In this document: positions 25,088 to 39,235 of the stretch, in pieces
Layout of the letters: the number at the start of each line of letters is the position of its first letter
How positions within the stretch are numbered: position 1 is the first letter of the stretch
NCBI GenBank assembly: GCA_951406725.2
Contig: OX597814.1
Span: 187,116,001-187,180,000 of the forward strand
Reading direction: 5' to 3'
Length of the DNA stretch: 64,000 nucleotides
DNA from: Octopus vulgaris
Taxonomy: Eukaryota
Notes under the pieces: model-generated
What the model saw: only the letters and a program-made list of their open reading frames with translations
Told to the model about the DNA's origin: nothing
The model's database searches: none
Translations under genes and position numbers: made by a program

Positions 25088-26148
25088 AGGCAGTGAGTTG
25101 GAAGAATCATTAGCACACCAGGCAAGATGCATTTCCTCTGTCTTTACATTCTGAGTTTAAATTCTGTCAAAGTCAACTATCTTTCATTCTTTTGGGGTCA
25201 ATGAAGTAAGTACAAGTTGAACACTGGGGTCAATGTAATCAACTTACCCAACCCCTAAAATTGCTGGCTGTGTGGCAAAATCTGAAATTAGTATTATTAC
25301 TACCTCCATCTTAGCAAAGACGGAGGTATTGTTTTCAGTCGTGTTTGTTTGTTTGCTTGTTTATCCATGGACAAAATATCTCAAGAACCGCTGGATGGAT
25401 TCAAGATGAAACTTTCAGGGATATTTGGCCTCGTGACTGGCACAAACCAATTAGATTTTGGGATCAATCTGGTACTGGACAAGGATTCTGGATTATTTTT
25501 CCTGTTTTTTTTTTTGTTTTTTTTTAACTTAATTTTTGAGAGCGGTGAGGTTCATTTTCAGTATTGTCGTTTGTGAGAGCAGTCAAGTTTATTTCAGATA
25601 TTCTCATTTTAAAAGTAATCTCCATTTATTGTTGAGAGAATGTTGGTGTTGCCTTGGTAGAGGTTTGTACTCTTGTTATTAATAAAATCGTTAGCACACT
25701 AGGCAAAATACTTAGCAGTATTTCATCTGCCTTCACGTTTTGAGTTCAAATTTCACCAAGATCAACCTTGCCTTTCATTTTTTCAGGGTCTATGAAATAA
25801 GTACCAGTTGAGTACTGGGGTCAACATAATTGACTACCCCCCTCCCCAAATTTCAGACCTTGTGCCTCTAATAGAAAGGATTATTATTATTATCATTATT
25901 GTTATTATTATTATTACTAATGCAGTGAGCTGGGAGAATCGTTAGCACACTAGACAAAATACTTAGTGGTATTTCGTCTGCCTTTATGTTCTGATTCAAA
26001 TTCTGTTGAGGTTGACTTTACCTTTCATCTTTTGGGGTTGATAAATCAAGTTCCAGTTAAGAACGGGGGGGGGGGGTGATCAACTTACCCCATCTCCACA
26101 AATTTCAGGTCTTATACCTATAGTAGAATGGATTATTATTATTATTAT
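24649..26148 (+). mobile_element. Tandem array of five SINE B copies separated by (ATT)n, interrupted by a Helentron-like element
   Basis: Units start at about 24649, 24882, 25087, 25685 and 25920. Confidence 0.85.
25300..25678 (+). mobile_element. Helentron-associated / DINE-1-like non-autonomous element
   Basis: 5' ACCTCC...GGAGGT hairpin, (GTTT)n tract, 3' subterminal GCCTTGGTAGAGGT; second copy on the minus strand at 49370-50320 with the terminal hairpin GCACTCAGAGAGTGC. Confidence 0.65.
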
Positions 26149-26282
26149 TTAAAAGAGTTTGATTTGACCCCATGCAATTTAAAGTTTTGTAGGTTTGTCA
26201 CATGAACATAGCTCATCAGGCTCAGGCAACCAAATCATATATATATATATATATATGATTTGGTTGTCTGAGCCTGGTCACA

Positions 26283-26682
26283 AGGCATAGGAGTAGCTGT
26301 GTGGTAAGTAGCTTGATTACAAACCACATGGTTCCGGGTTCAGTCCTACTGTGTGGCACCTTGGGCAAGTGTCTTCTACTATAGCTTCACGCCGACCAAA
26401 GCCTTGTAAGTGGATTTGGTAGACGGAAACTGAAAGAATCCCATCGTGTATATGTATATATGTATGTGTGTGTGTGTGTATGTTCGTGTGTCTGTGTTTG
26501 TCTCCCCAACATCGCTTGACAACCGATGCTGGTGTGTTTACATCCTTCCATAACTTAGCAGTTCGGCAAAATAGACCAATAGAATAAGTACTAGGCTTAC
26601 AAAGAATAAATCCTGGGGTCGATTTGCTCGACTAAAGGTGGTACTCCAGCATGGCCACAGTCACGACTGAAACAAGTAAAAG
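26283..26682 (+). mobile_element. SINE family A, full length
   Basis: Direct match to family A. Confidence 0.9.
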
Positions 26683-27879
26683 ATATATATATATACATAA
26701 TGTCAGTTTTCCATGCTGGCATGGGTTAGAAGGTTCGACAGGTTTCATAGTCTGTTTTGGCTTGATTTCTATGGTTGGATGCCCTTCCCAACAACAATCA
26801 CTTTACAGAGTGTACTGGGTGCTTTTTACATGGCACTATCACCAGTGCTTTTTATATGACACCAGCACTAGTACTTTTTATGTGGCACCAGCACTAGTAC
26901 TTTTTATGTGGCACCAGCACCCACACCAATGCTTTCTATATAATACCTTAGTTTTAGGATGGTACTTTCAGATTATCCTGGTTCTAATACTGGCAGGAAT
27001 TGGTCACAAGTATTTCACAAGTACAGGGGAACAACAGAAAATTATTCTGGTATTATACTTGTTAAATATCTTATGAATTTTTCCTGCAAACACTCCACAG
27101 TAAAGAAGTACCATTGAGACCAATTGTTTACTGCAGTAGATGCACCCTCTTTACTGAGGTGTTGAAATATTTATGATGATGGTGGTAATAATGATTTGTA
27201 TGACCTCATGTTTACTACACAGTAAATATTTCACAGATATTCTAATAAATACAACCTGATCTTCTGACTCAATGCTCTCAACCACTACAGACATCCATTA
27301 GTAGTTACAATTACATAGACTTATAGGATTAGTGTATATGTGTGTCTGTGTGTGGTGTGTATGTATGTGCATACCTGGATAAATGTATATGTGTGTGCAT
27401 GGTGTATGTGTGTATGCATGGGTATATGTGTGTGTATGCATTAGAACATGTATGCATGTGCATGGATGTATGTATGTGTATGTTCACGGGTGTATGTATG
27501 TGTGTTTTCAGTTGTAAATAAGTGTCACTGCTATATCTAAGAAGTAACATTCATTTCCAGTTTTCTGTGAAAATATCCAGCTATGGGGAAATTTTTTACC
27601 TACCTTGGAAACAGTTGATAATTGGCAAGAGGAAAAGCATCCCCCCATAGAAAGTCTGCTGCAATGAATTCTATCTGACCCATACAAGCATGGAAAAGTA
27701 AATATTAAAATGATGATGACAATGATGATGATGATCACCATGATGACCATCATCATCATTAGCGTCTCAAACGAAAGGTCTTGGATTGAAACAGTGTGAT
27801 TCACTCAGAATACGGAATGCAATTAGTAATTCCCATGTGAAGAAGGTCCTTCACATGGAACATCTATGAAGTGTTTAGT

Positions 27880-28805
27880 ACAGAGTAAACATGAGGGGGT
27901 CAAACTCTGGACAAAGTGGTGAGAAATGATCTTCAGATGTTGAGCCTCACAAGAGAGTTAACAAAGAACTGAGACTCCTGCCATTTTGCTGCGCTTGAGA
28001 AAACATGTCAAGCTAAGTTGAATCGTGGCCATCCATCCATACAGGCATGTCCTTTACAGTCATGACCCCTCCCTCTCACACATACGTACAATCTATCCTG
28101 TCAAAATTTTCCTACAACCCATTTTTCCAATGCACACCCTCCACATATCCCACCACCTGCTGCAGGCCCCCACACTATCTCTCATGTGTCTATCCATGCA
28201 CTCTCCATGTCCTCACATATCTACCATACCACCCCTCCCAGTCACTCCAATTTTCCCCACCACCACTTGCTACAGTCACTTCTTCTCCATCTCTAAACAT
28301 CTCTCAACACTTTTATGGAACATCCCCTTCTACACCACTTGTACTTTCCCCACCCCTGTTCCACCATCTATTTCTCTCTCTCTCTCTCACACACACACAC
28401 TCTTTCTCTCTATCTCTCATTCCTCTCTTTTTCCTACAAGTGTAGCGAAATATCTCCTCTACAGTAAGACACCCATCTCTATCCCTTTATTATACTAGAA
28501 CTTCCCAATTGGCACAAAGTCACTTCCCTTGGTTCCACACCCTCTTCCTGTTGAAAGGTCTTCGTCTCTTGCAAGTCACTTGATGACACTGTTGGTACTG
28601 TTGTCATGTAAAAAAATACTGGTACCATACAAAAAGCACCCAATACACTCTGTAAAGTGGTTGGCAGCAGGAAGGGCACCCAGCCATAGAAACCATGCCA
28701 AAGCAGACAATGAAACCTGGTGCAGCGCTCTGGCTTGCCTAGCTCCTATCAAACTGTCCAACTCATGCTAGTATAGAAGATGGACGTTAAATGATCACGA
28801 TGATA
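27880..28805 (+). mobile_element. 5'-truncated RTE LINE end with long pyrimidine-rich 3' UTR variant
   Basis: DKVVRNDLQMLSLT..AALEKTCQAK, then ~550 bp of C/T-rich sequence (homologous to 57380-58110), then the family C tail. Confidence 0.7.
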
Positions 28806-30302
28806 AACATCATCATCTCCATAATTAATGTTTTAACATCAAGATAAGGAGGGTGCCTCAGTGCAGTTTCTTGGTCTGTTAGAAGTAGCAGCCAAATCTC
28901 CTTCAAACCACACTACTCTGTCTTAAAAGAGGAAGGATACACTGAATTATATAGAGCCAAATGCATTATATCTGAATAAAAGTGGGGTTAGTCATAGCTG
29001 GAATGCATATGTCATAGATTTGGTCTATTAGAGTTGACCCTAGACAACAAAATTTTAACTACTTTTCTTTATTGCCATAGGTTGGACAGGGTTTCCACAA
29101 TTAAGGCATGTCTATTCTGCATGCCTTAGTTGAAGCCCAACCACTCTTTCATTTCAGTTGTGCTCTATGGCTTGACCAGTCAGAAATGATATCTAAATTT
29201 TCCTTACATCCCACCTTACCATCTAGATCATATGGCCACAAATATAGAATGCTTAAAGTAATAGATTGAGTGTAGCTGAACTCTTTGGTTATAGCTCTAC
29301 TTGATCAAAATTGAGCTGGGGTTAAACAATGATTTGTTTTTATATAGGCTAGCACATCCTAAGACCCATCAGAATCTTGTGTTACACATATCTTAATACT
29401 GTAGCACAGATATGAATAGTTGGGAAATATCACACACATTTGGCTTGTACCTAAGTGAAGTACCCTTAAGACAGTAAAACCTCAATTCTAATACAATTTA
29501 CTGTAATAAGCAAAAACTACAATCAGAGACTGCAATAATCTTTATCGTAGTACAATATTAGTTATGGTGGCACGTAACTGTGCCGGTGGCACGTGAAAAG
29601 CACCCTCTAAGGGTGGCCGATGCCAGTGCCGCCTTGACTGGCTTCTGTGCCGGTTGCATGTAAAAAGCACCAACCGATTGTGGCCGCTGCCAGCCTCCCC
29701 TGGCACCTATGCCAGTGGCACGTAAAAAGCACCTACTACACTCACGGAGTGGTTGGCACTAGGAAGGGCATCCAGTTGCAGAAACACTGCCAGATCAGAC
29801 TGGAGCCTGGTGCAGCCTCCTGGCTTCCCAGACCCCGATCGAACTGTCCAACCCATACTAGCATGGAAAATGGACATTAAACGATGATGATGATGAATGT
29901 CTTACAATTTTAGTATTTAGTGTTTAGAGTTGTGGTTGGTGGTGTTTAATCTTAGATCAGACCTGAGTGACCAAGTCTGTGAGCAAAAGCATTCCAACAA
30001 TGACAGTTCCATCCTTTAAAGTGTATCTAGAATCACACTATATCTAATAGGTCTTTCCCATTTTTAAAATCATGAAGTGTGATTAGAGACAGATTTAGCT
30101 GCTATTTCTAATGGGTCAAATGGTCACGTAGTAAGCTCCATCTTTGGTTCCTATTTAGTGCATGGCTTTACTATTTCAAGGTGTCTCTATTGTAAATAGC
30201 ATAATATTCTGCTGCATCATCTATGCCATCAGTCTACAGCAAACAGTGGATCATGACACTTTCTAGATGACATCCTAACTAAAAATTATCTTTAATTTTT
30301 CA

Positions 30303-30471
30303 GTAGGAGTGGCTGTGTGGTAAGTAGCTTGCTTACCAACCACATGGTTCTGGGTTCAGTCCCACTGTGTGACACCTTGGGCAAGTGTCTTCTACTATAG
30401 CTTCGGGCCAACCAAAGCTTTGTGAGTGGATTTGGTAGATGGAAACTGAAAGAAGCCCGTTGTATATATGC

Positions 30472-30503
<32 letters not shown>

Positions 30504-30692
30504 TTGTCTCCCCAACATCGCTTGGCAAGCGATGCTGCTGTGTTTACGTCCCCGTAACTTAGCGGTTCAGCAAAAGAGAATGATAGAATAAGTACTAGGC
30601 TTACAAAGAATAAGTCCTAGGGTGGATTTGCTTGACTAGAGGCAGTACTCCAGCATGGTCACAGTCAAATGAGTGAAACAAGTAAAAGAGTA
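30303..30692 (+). mobile_element. SINE family A, full length
   Basis: Direct match to family A. Confidence 0.9.
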
Positions 30693-32599
30693 CTGTAACC
30701 TACCTGACGATGAGCTATGACTCATGTAGCCCACTTCTCAAAAAAGATTGCCTATGCCTGATCTATGCAATTAGATTAGTCTTTGCTACTTATTGAAATT
30801 GTAGGAGTTTTTTCAATTTTTATTAGTGGTGAGACCCTTAGCTGATTTGATAACTGGTACACCAAAACTCCTTTCCTCACATGGAACTATCATCACTATC
30901 TGAGGTATACCCCATGGAAAAGTTAAACTTAATTCTGAACCAACAAGTATGCACTATTTCTCTTTACAGCAATAAGCTTTGCCTATTCAGACAGATATTT
31001 AGGGCTAGGTGGAATGGTCCATTAACAGTTCAGAGTCATTGTCAGGAACATAACATGGCACAAAGGAATGTATTTGATATATTCACCTTTTTTCTGGCTA
31101 TCAAGTCCAACATAGCCTTAGAGATTTTCTCATGTCAACATTCTATGAATTTCAATAGTTCATAGTAGAACAGTCATCTTTAGTCACTGAGTATAGCAGT
31201 GACTGTTATGTTATACTGTCTTTTGTGTCTCCACTATGATAGTTACTGTTATCTATAGTATCATCATCATCATCATCATCAACACTGTCATCATCATCAT
31301 CTGTTGAGCCTTTCCTGTCTTTAGATTGTCTATACTCGATATGGACGTGAACTTTTGAGTTTGGCACCTTTTATATTTCGTCTTTTGGTTTCATTAGTCC
31401 ATCTTGAAGATAGATGATGATGTAGACAGGATTTTTGGATTTAAAATGTACAAACCAGAGATAGATAATGCTGAAACATCCCTGCACTATCCATCTATTC
31501 ATCATCTGATTCTCTAATGATTCCATCCATCCACCCACCTACACTGGAACTTTCTTTATCAACCTCAAAAGGATGATAGAATGAAAAGCAAAGCATCTAT
31601 ATTACACAAGCCATTACTATCATTAGCATTGTAGTCTTTTCAGACTGTTATACAAAACTCTCTATATATATATATTTGTAGTATAGCTGTCACTACTTTC
31701 CACTGTATAGTAGTCTTTATTACTTTGAGTATAGTAGTTTAATATCAATAGCACAGCAGTCATTGTAGTCTATCTATGTTACAATAGCTTTAATGTCTAT
31801 AGGTATAGAATTCACTACTTTCAATGATATAGAAGTCACTAATCTGTTCACTGTAGTTATCTTTACTGTTTATAGTACAGTAATTGCTATTCCCAAGAGT
31901 ATTGTAGTTTCCACTCTTTTCTCACCAGTACAAGGCATAAAAATTCACTGGCAATCATAATAATAAGATGAGGAATTATAAAATTTTACAATATGTAAAA
32001 CACACACACACACACATATAATGTTTGCATATGTGTTTTTTTCGTGTTTATATTATTTATTTATCTATTTTCTCCTGTTATTTCCTCAGCAAGGATATTT
32101 ACAAGAAATATGTGGGGATGATTCAAAACCCAATTCCATAAGTTGATAGCTATTTTTCCTTCACCAAATATATGCCATCTTTTCTCTTACTTTTTCTTTC
32201 TTTCTTTCCTTTCTTTTCTTCCTTTCTTTCTTTCCTTTCTTTTCTTCCTTTCTTTCTTTCTCTCTCTTTCCTTCTCCCTCTCTCTTTCTTTCTTACTTTT
32301 TTGTTCTTTCTACAGCACTGGAGAGCTTTGTTTCTTCAAAAAATACAGAAAAAATACAAACGAATAAATAAATGTAATATAAAAGTAAATAAATAAAAAA
32401 TAACAAAAAAACAAGTCAGAACAGAATCAAATAAAGAAAACAAAGAAAGAAAGAAAGAAAGAAACAACGAATAAATGAACAAACAAAATTAAACACAACA
32501 ACAACAACAACAACAAAAAACAAGCAAATATGAGCAAGCAAAGAAACAAAAAAAATGTAGAATAAAACATATTTAAATTAACCCATGATGAGAATCACA

Positions 32600-35363
32600 C
32601 ACATGCTTACACACACACACACAGGCATATGCACACAAATACACACACAAACGCACACACATATATAGATGCACACGCATAAGCATACACATTCACAGAA
32701 CGCTTCCACATATGAATACGCATAGAAATATTGCATCTTCTGGTGATCAATACAGATTCTGCTAGCAACCACAAAATGTCATTAAAGTACAAGAAAACAC
32801 ATGACAAATTTCATATGATTCACAATAAGGATAAACAGCAATATAATACGACTGTTAGCTGTTATGTGTGTATGAGAGAGTGTCTGACTGTGTGCGCATG
32901 TGTGAGTGTGTGTGTGTCTAAGAGAGAAAGAGAGGGAGGAAGAGAGAGAGGTAGAGTGTGTGTGTGTGTGTGTTGGTGTTGTGTGCCAGAGTGTACATGT
33001 GTGTGTGTCTGTGTGTGTGATTGAATAAATGTGATAGAAAGAAAGAGTGCTTGTGTGAGAACATGTATGAAAGAACATGTGTGTGTGTGTCTGTGCGTAT
33101 GTACACTTGAGTGTGTGTGTGTGTGTGTGTGTATGTGTGTGTATGAGAAAGAGAGCATATGTGTATATGTGTATGGTCGAATGTCTGTGTGTGTGTGTAT
33201 AATTGTAATGTGTCTGTGGATAAGTATGTGCATGTGTTGCTGTGTCTATGATTGCGTGTGTATGTGTGTCCGCGTGTGTGTGTGTGAATGTATTGCTGAC
33301 TGCGTGTGGATATATGTATGTGTGAGTGTGTGTGTAACAGAGAGAGAGAGAGGGAGAGAGAGTGTGAGAGAAAAAATATGTGTGCTTGTGTATAAATGTG
33401 TGTGTGTGATCTGTGAGATATGTATGTGTGTATGGTTGAATGTATGTGTGTATGGTTGAATGATGTATGTGTGTGCCTGTGAAAGTGTATCTGAGAGCTT
33501 ATATCTATGGTTGAGCGTGAATTTATGTATTTTAGTGTGTGTATGGTTGTATGTGTATATGTGTATGTGTATATGCCTGTGAGTAAAAGTGTGTATTAGT
33601 ATGTGTATATATGTGTGAATATATATATGTGTCTGAGAGTAAATTAGTGTTTCTGTGTGTGTATGTGTTGGTGTGTGTATGGTGGAATAGTGAGAATATG
33701 TGTATGTGCTTATCTGTAAGCATGTGTTTGAGTGTGTGTGTATGTAGGAATGTATATATGGTTGTGTGTGTATTAGTATGTGCATGTGTATGTGTGTGTT
33801 AGGATGCGTGTGTGTATTGTATTATCATGAGTGTGATTGAAGTGCATTAGTGCAATAGTGTGTGAGGCTGTATGTCTCCTTGTATGTATGGTCGAGGATG
33901 TGTTGGTGGATGTATGAGGTGTGTGTATGTGCATGTGTATGTTGGTGTAAATGTGTGTCGGAGTGTGAGTTTGTATGTCCATGCGTTGGAGTGTGTGCGA
34001 AGTTTTGTATCTGTTGGTATGTATTTGTATGGTTGTGTATGTGTGTGTTTGTATATTGGTGTATGCATGTCTGTGTGTGTGTGTTTGTATATTGGTGTAT
34101 GCATGACTCTGTATGTGTGTGTGTGTTTGTATATTGGTGTATGCATGGCTCTGTGTGTGTGTGTGTGTATATATTGGTGTATGCATGGCTGTGTGTGTGT
34201 GTTTGTATATTGGTGTATGCATGTCTGTGTGTGTGTGTTTGTATATTAGTGTATGCATGGCTCTGTGTGTGTTTGTCTTGGTGTGGTTGTATGGTTGTGT
34301 ATGTGTGTGTGTTTGTGTATTGGTGTATGTACAGCTTGAAATGTGTGTACGTGTGGAGTTTGTATCATTTGGCGTGTGTGTCTGTATGGCTGTTTATGTG
34401 GTTATGTGTTGACATGTGTATGGTTCCGTGTGTTATATGCGCGTGCATATTAGTTCGAGCGTTAATGGTTGTGTATGTAATGATTGGAATGCGTTTGTTG
34501 TGTCTTTGTGTGTGTGTGTGTCAGTTTGTGTGTTATGGTTGAATGTATGCACGCATATACATGCATGTATGTGTGTGTGTTCCTTTGAATTTGTATGGAT
34601 GTATGGCTTATAAGTGTTGGCTCACATAAGTATGATTGCGTGCATGTGTCTACATTGAAATATGTGTTTACAACTATCTGCAAATGCGTGTCGATGTATT
34701 CGCGTACTGGTGTGTTAATGGTTTGTAAACAGTTTATGTGTGGTTATATATACGGTTCAGTAAGTGTGCGTTAACACAGGAATATGATGATGCATGCAGA
34801 GAATGCGATCTTCTGCTCGTGTGCATGTGTGTATGTATGTGTGTTTATGGTTGAATGTATGCGTTTTTATGTGATGCTCTGCGTGTGTGTTCAAGTGGGT
34901 TTGCTTGTGAAGATTAGATCATATGTTGTATGCTTGTGTGTGTTGTGTATATGCTGTGTTTGATTGGGGGTGTATATAAGAGTATGCAAATTCAATAATG
35001 TTTATGTATGTTTGAGTTTGTGTGTATATATATATATATATATATGGATATATACATATATACATTTACATATATATATGCATATATATATATATATACA
35101 TAGATACATATATATATACATACATATATATATACATATATATATGCATACATACATACATATACATACATATATATACATACACATATATATACACATT
35201 CATAGGTATATACATATATATATATACATATATATATATATGTATGTATACATATATACATGTATATATACATGTATATACACATATATATATATATACA
35301 TGTATATACGCATATACATATATATACATGTATATTCACATATACATATATATGCACATATAC

Positions 35364-35414
<51 letters not shown>

Positions 35415-35575
35415 CACATATATACATACACATATATACACATATACATATATACACATATATATATATACATATATACACATATACATATATATATATA
35501 CATATATACACATATACATATATATATACATATATACACATATACATATATATATATATATACATATACACATAA

Positions 35576-35606
<31 letters not shown>

Positions 35607-36044
35607 TATACAGACACACACACACACATATATGTTTATGTGAGAATGAGGTATCAGTGCATGTAAACATATATGAGTATGAAGATATATTTGTGTGTGT
35701 GTGTGTGTGTGTGTTTAAGTGTATGTATTAAGAATTGACTAACATATTGTTGTATGTATATGTGTGTGTTGGTACATGAATGCAGTAGAGTGTATGAGTG
35801 TGTTTGTGTATATGTCAACATGCAAATATGTTTGTGTGTGCAAGTGCGTGTGAGTATGTGTGCATGTGTGTGTGTGTGTGTCTGTGTGTATTTGCAGGTA
35901 AGAATAAGTTCATAGTTGGCAGTGTCTGTATGCCTGTGTGAATGGGAGAATATGTGTATGCATGCAGCAGTGTTTGCAGACAAGAATGTGCTCGTGTGTT
36001 TGTTTTGTATGTATGTCTGCGTGTGTGTTGGTGTCTGTGTACAC

Positions 36045-36101
<57 letters not shown>

Positions 36102-36338
36102 GAGGTGCATGTATGAATGTAACAACATTAATAATTTAATGTTTCTGTACTAGTGTATATATATCAGAACTGAAACTCAGCTCATTGTGTTTGTGTTTGC
36201 TTTAGTGTATGCGTGTCTATGTGGAAGCCTGCATCTCAATGAGTATGAATATGAGAATTCATCTGTGAATGCATAGCACCAAACATACACACACAAACAC
36301 CCATGCATTATACATACATACATATGTGTGTGAGTGTA

Positions 36339-36374
<36 letters not shown>

Positions 36375-37632
36375 TGTATATATGTGAGCGTATATATAAG
36401 TGTGTATATATGTATATATATGCGAGTGTATATACATGTGTATATATATGTGTGTGTGTATCTTATATTCATACATTCAAATATTTTTGCTTGTACGTGT
36501 GTAGCATATTAGGATTAATTAATTTATTTGTTTGTATATTTATTTACTTATTTACCAGTGTGATTCACAAAACCCATCACACATACAAACACACACACAT
36601 ACACAGACTCACAGACTCACACACACACACACAGACAATTCATTTGCTGTAATTTTCAAGAAGTAACAAAGTTATAAATGACTGCAATTTAAACTAGCCA
36701 ACCAAAATGTATAATCTGCTCTCTTAGTTTATAATACCAGTTACACTGCCTAAACAGCCATTTCCATCTGTGTAATATTAGAGCAATTTTGCCGACAATA
36801 CAATCAACGATTTTCCGCACAGAACTGGCGGAATTATGACAGAAATCGATCGCAGTCGACGACCGGCCATCTATAAAAGCATACAATGTTCTTTGTATTG
36901 CTGTCAATATGAGCTACTTGAGTTCCTAGCACATCTGTCTACATATCCTGACTATCACATGCGATAGCAGATTTTTGTTCCTCCAAAGAAAAGAATTTGT
37001 AGCAGAGTATGTTGTATGTGTATGTGTATATGGATGTGCATATGCGTGTGTGTGTGGGGTCTGTGTATGTGTGTGTGGTCTGTGTATGTGTGCATGTGTG
37101 TGTATGTCAGTGTGTTTGTGTCTGTGTGTTTATGTCAGTGTATTTGTGTCTGTGTGTTTATGTCAGTGTATTTGTGTCTGTGTGTGTGTATGACTGTGCT
37201 TGTGTCTGTGTGTGTATGGCAGTGTGCTTGTGTCTGTGTGTGTATGACAGTGTGCTTGTGTCTGTGTGTGTATGTCAGTGAATTTGTGTCTGTGTGTGTG
37301 TGTATGACAGTGTGCTTGTGTCTGTGTGTGTATGTCAGTATACTTGTGTCTGTGTGTGTATGTCAGTGTGCTTGTGTCTGTGTGTGTATGTCAGTATGCT
37401 TGTGTCTGTGTGTGCGAGTGTTTATCTCTCTAACAGAGTGTATATGTATCTTTGTGTCTGTGTGTGCATTCATATTTAATCATCTTAAACAGAATATATG
37501 AGTGTATGTGTGTCAGTGTGCATCACTCTAACAGAGTGTATATGTGTATTATTTCTTTGTGCATGTGTTTCGGAATGTGTATATATGTGGAGAGAGTGAG
37601 AAAGAGAGCGAGAGACTGAGAGAGATTTGGAC

Positions 37633-37684
<52 letters not shown>

Positions 37685-37800
37685 GTAGATGAAGATATAA
37701 ATAGATAAATAGAAAGATGGGAACAGAATGATGTGCTACAAGGTAAATGTACATATATATATAATATATATATATATACACACACATACATATATACACA
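32600..37800. repeat. About 5-kb degenerate (GT)/(TA)/(CA) microsatellite field with embedded minisatellites and (GATA)n at 37633-37685
   Basis: Direct inspection; this field generates the many CVY/IHT ORFs in the track. Confidence 0.95.
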
Positions 37801-38186
37801 TATGCCTATATTTGTATGTGTTTGTCTTTGAATCTGTGTTTGCGCCCCCACCCCACCTGCCACTTGACAACTGGTGTTGGTGTGTTTATGTCCCCTTAAT
37901 TTAGCAATTCAGCAGAAAAGACTGATAGAATAAGTACCAGGCTTAATAAAAAGTTCTGGGGTCGATTCAGTTGATTAAAATTCTTCAAAGTAGTTCCCTA
38001 GCATATCTGCAGTCTAATGACTAAAACTAGTAAAAGACACATACATACATACATACTTATACCCGCACAAAAGAGAATGGTGTAATTGTTCAACCTCTTC
38101 TTTTGTTTTCATAAATTACAGAAACAAGAGTGTGCGTAATTTTTGACTTAACCTCATACACATATATATATGTGGGGAAGGGGGTA

Positions 38187-39225
38187 AATCTGTGGTTGGA
38201 GCAAAGTTTCTGCTAGCCCAAGGGTGACATGGTGGTGGAACAGTGAGATAGAGAGGGCTATAAAAGAGACAAGATGGGCTTGGAAAGACTGGAAGAGTGT
38301 TGGGTAGCAAAGAACCATGTCCTGTAACTAAAAGAGAAGCTAGGCATCAGGTATATCTAGCGAGGGCAGAAGGAGAGAGGCAGATTTGTGCCAATGTCTT
38401 ACAGCATGAAGATCAGAGACTTGAGGTGTTCCATATTACCAGACGGTGTGTTGTAGAGAAGCAAGATGTAGGAGAGAAGTGTGTACAGACAGGTAATGGT
38501 ATACTTACTCTTAGTGATCTTGAAAGACCTACTATGAAAGTAAATGCAGTGAATGAATGAATGAATGAGAGAAAGGGAGTCTTCCTCATGTGAACCCAAC
38601 AGAGGGATCAGCTATCCTAGTTGACAGCAACATGACAGATAAGGCCATTAAAGATATGAAGACAGGGAAGGCCTCTGGCCCATCAGGGGTCAATGCCGAG
38701 ATACTCAAGATACCTGGTAGAGTTGGATACAGTTTAGTCACCTATATAGTTAATCAGGTTATTCAGGAAGACATAATTCCTTGTTACTGGTGTGGTAGCA
38801 TCATCGTGAGCTGCTACAAGGGCAAGGAAGAAGCCTTAGATAGAATCATAGAGGTATCAAATTGCTCAACCAGGTGATAAAAGTTGTAGAGAGAGTTATA
38901 GCCCAATTAATTAGAAACAGAATTAGACTAGTCCAGGGGAGAAGCACCATGGATGTTATTTTCATAGTCAGGCAACTGCAAGAAGTATTTAGCTAAGAAC
39001 AAGCTATTGTAACTGGCATTTGTTGATGTAGACAAAACTTTTGACCAAGTACCTCGCTTTGTGATATGGTGGTTTCTGAGGAAGCTGGGGATAGACAAAT
39101 GGCTTGTGAAAGCAGTAAAGGCCATTTACAAAGGTACTGTTAGTAAAGTAAGAGTTGGCCATGGGTACAGAGATGAATTTTATACACAGGTAGGAACTCA
39201 TCAGGATTTGGTTCTCAGTTTCCTC
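38187..39225 (+). mobile_element. RTE LINE ORF remnant (linker and RT N-terminal half), left part of a split element
   Basis: PRVTWWWN, KAIKDMKTGKASGPSGVNAEILK, CYKGK, VRQLQEVF, LRKLGIDKWLVKAV, GTHQDLVLS; frameshifted. Confidence 0.85.
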
Positions 39226-39235
39226 CTCCTCCTCC

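Noticed and set aside
30700-30735. CTGACGA plus hairpin; similar partial cores at ~8806(+), ~55930-55960(-) and ~55043-55090(+)
   Set aside because: No correctly placed GAAA and stem I; cannot be distinguished from chance.
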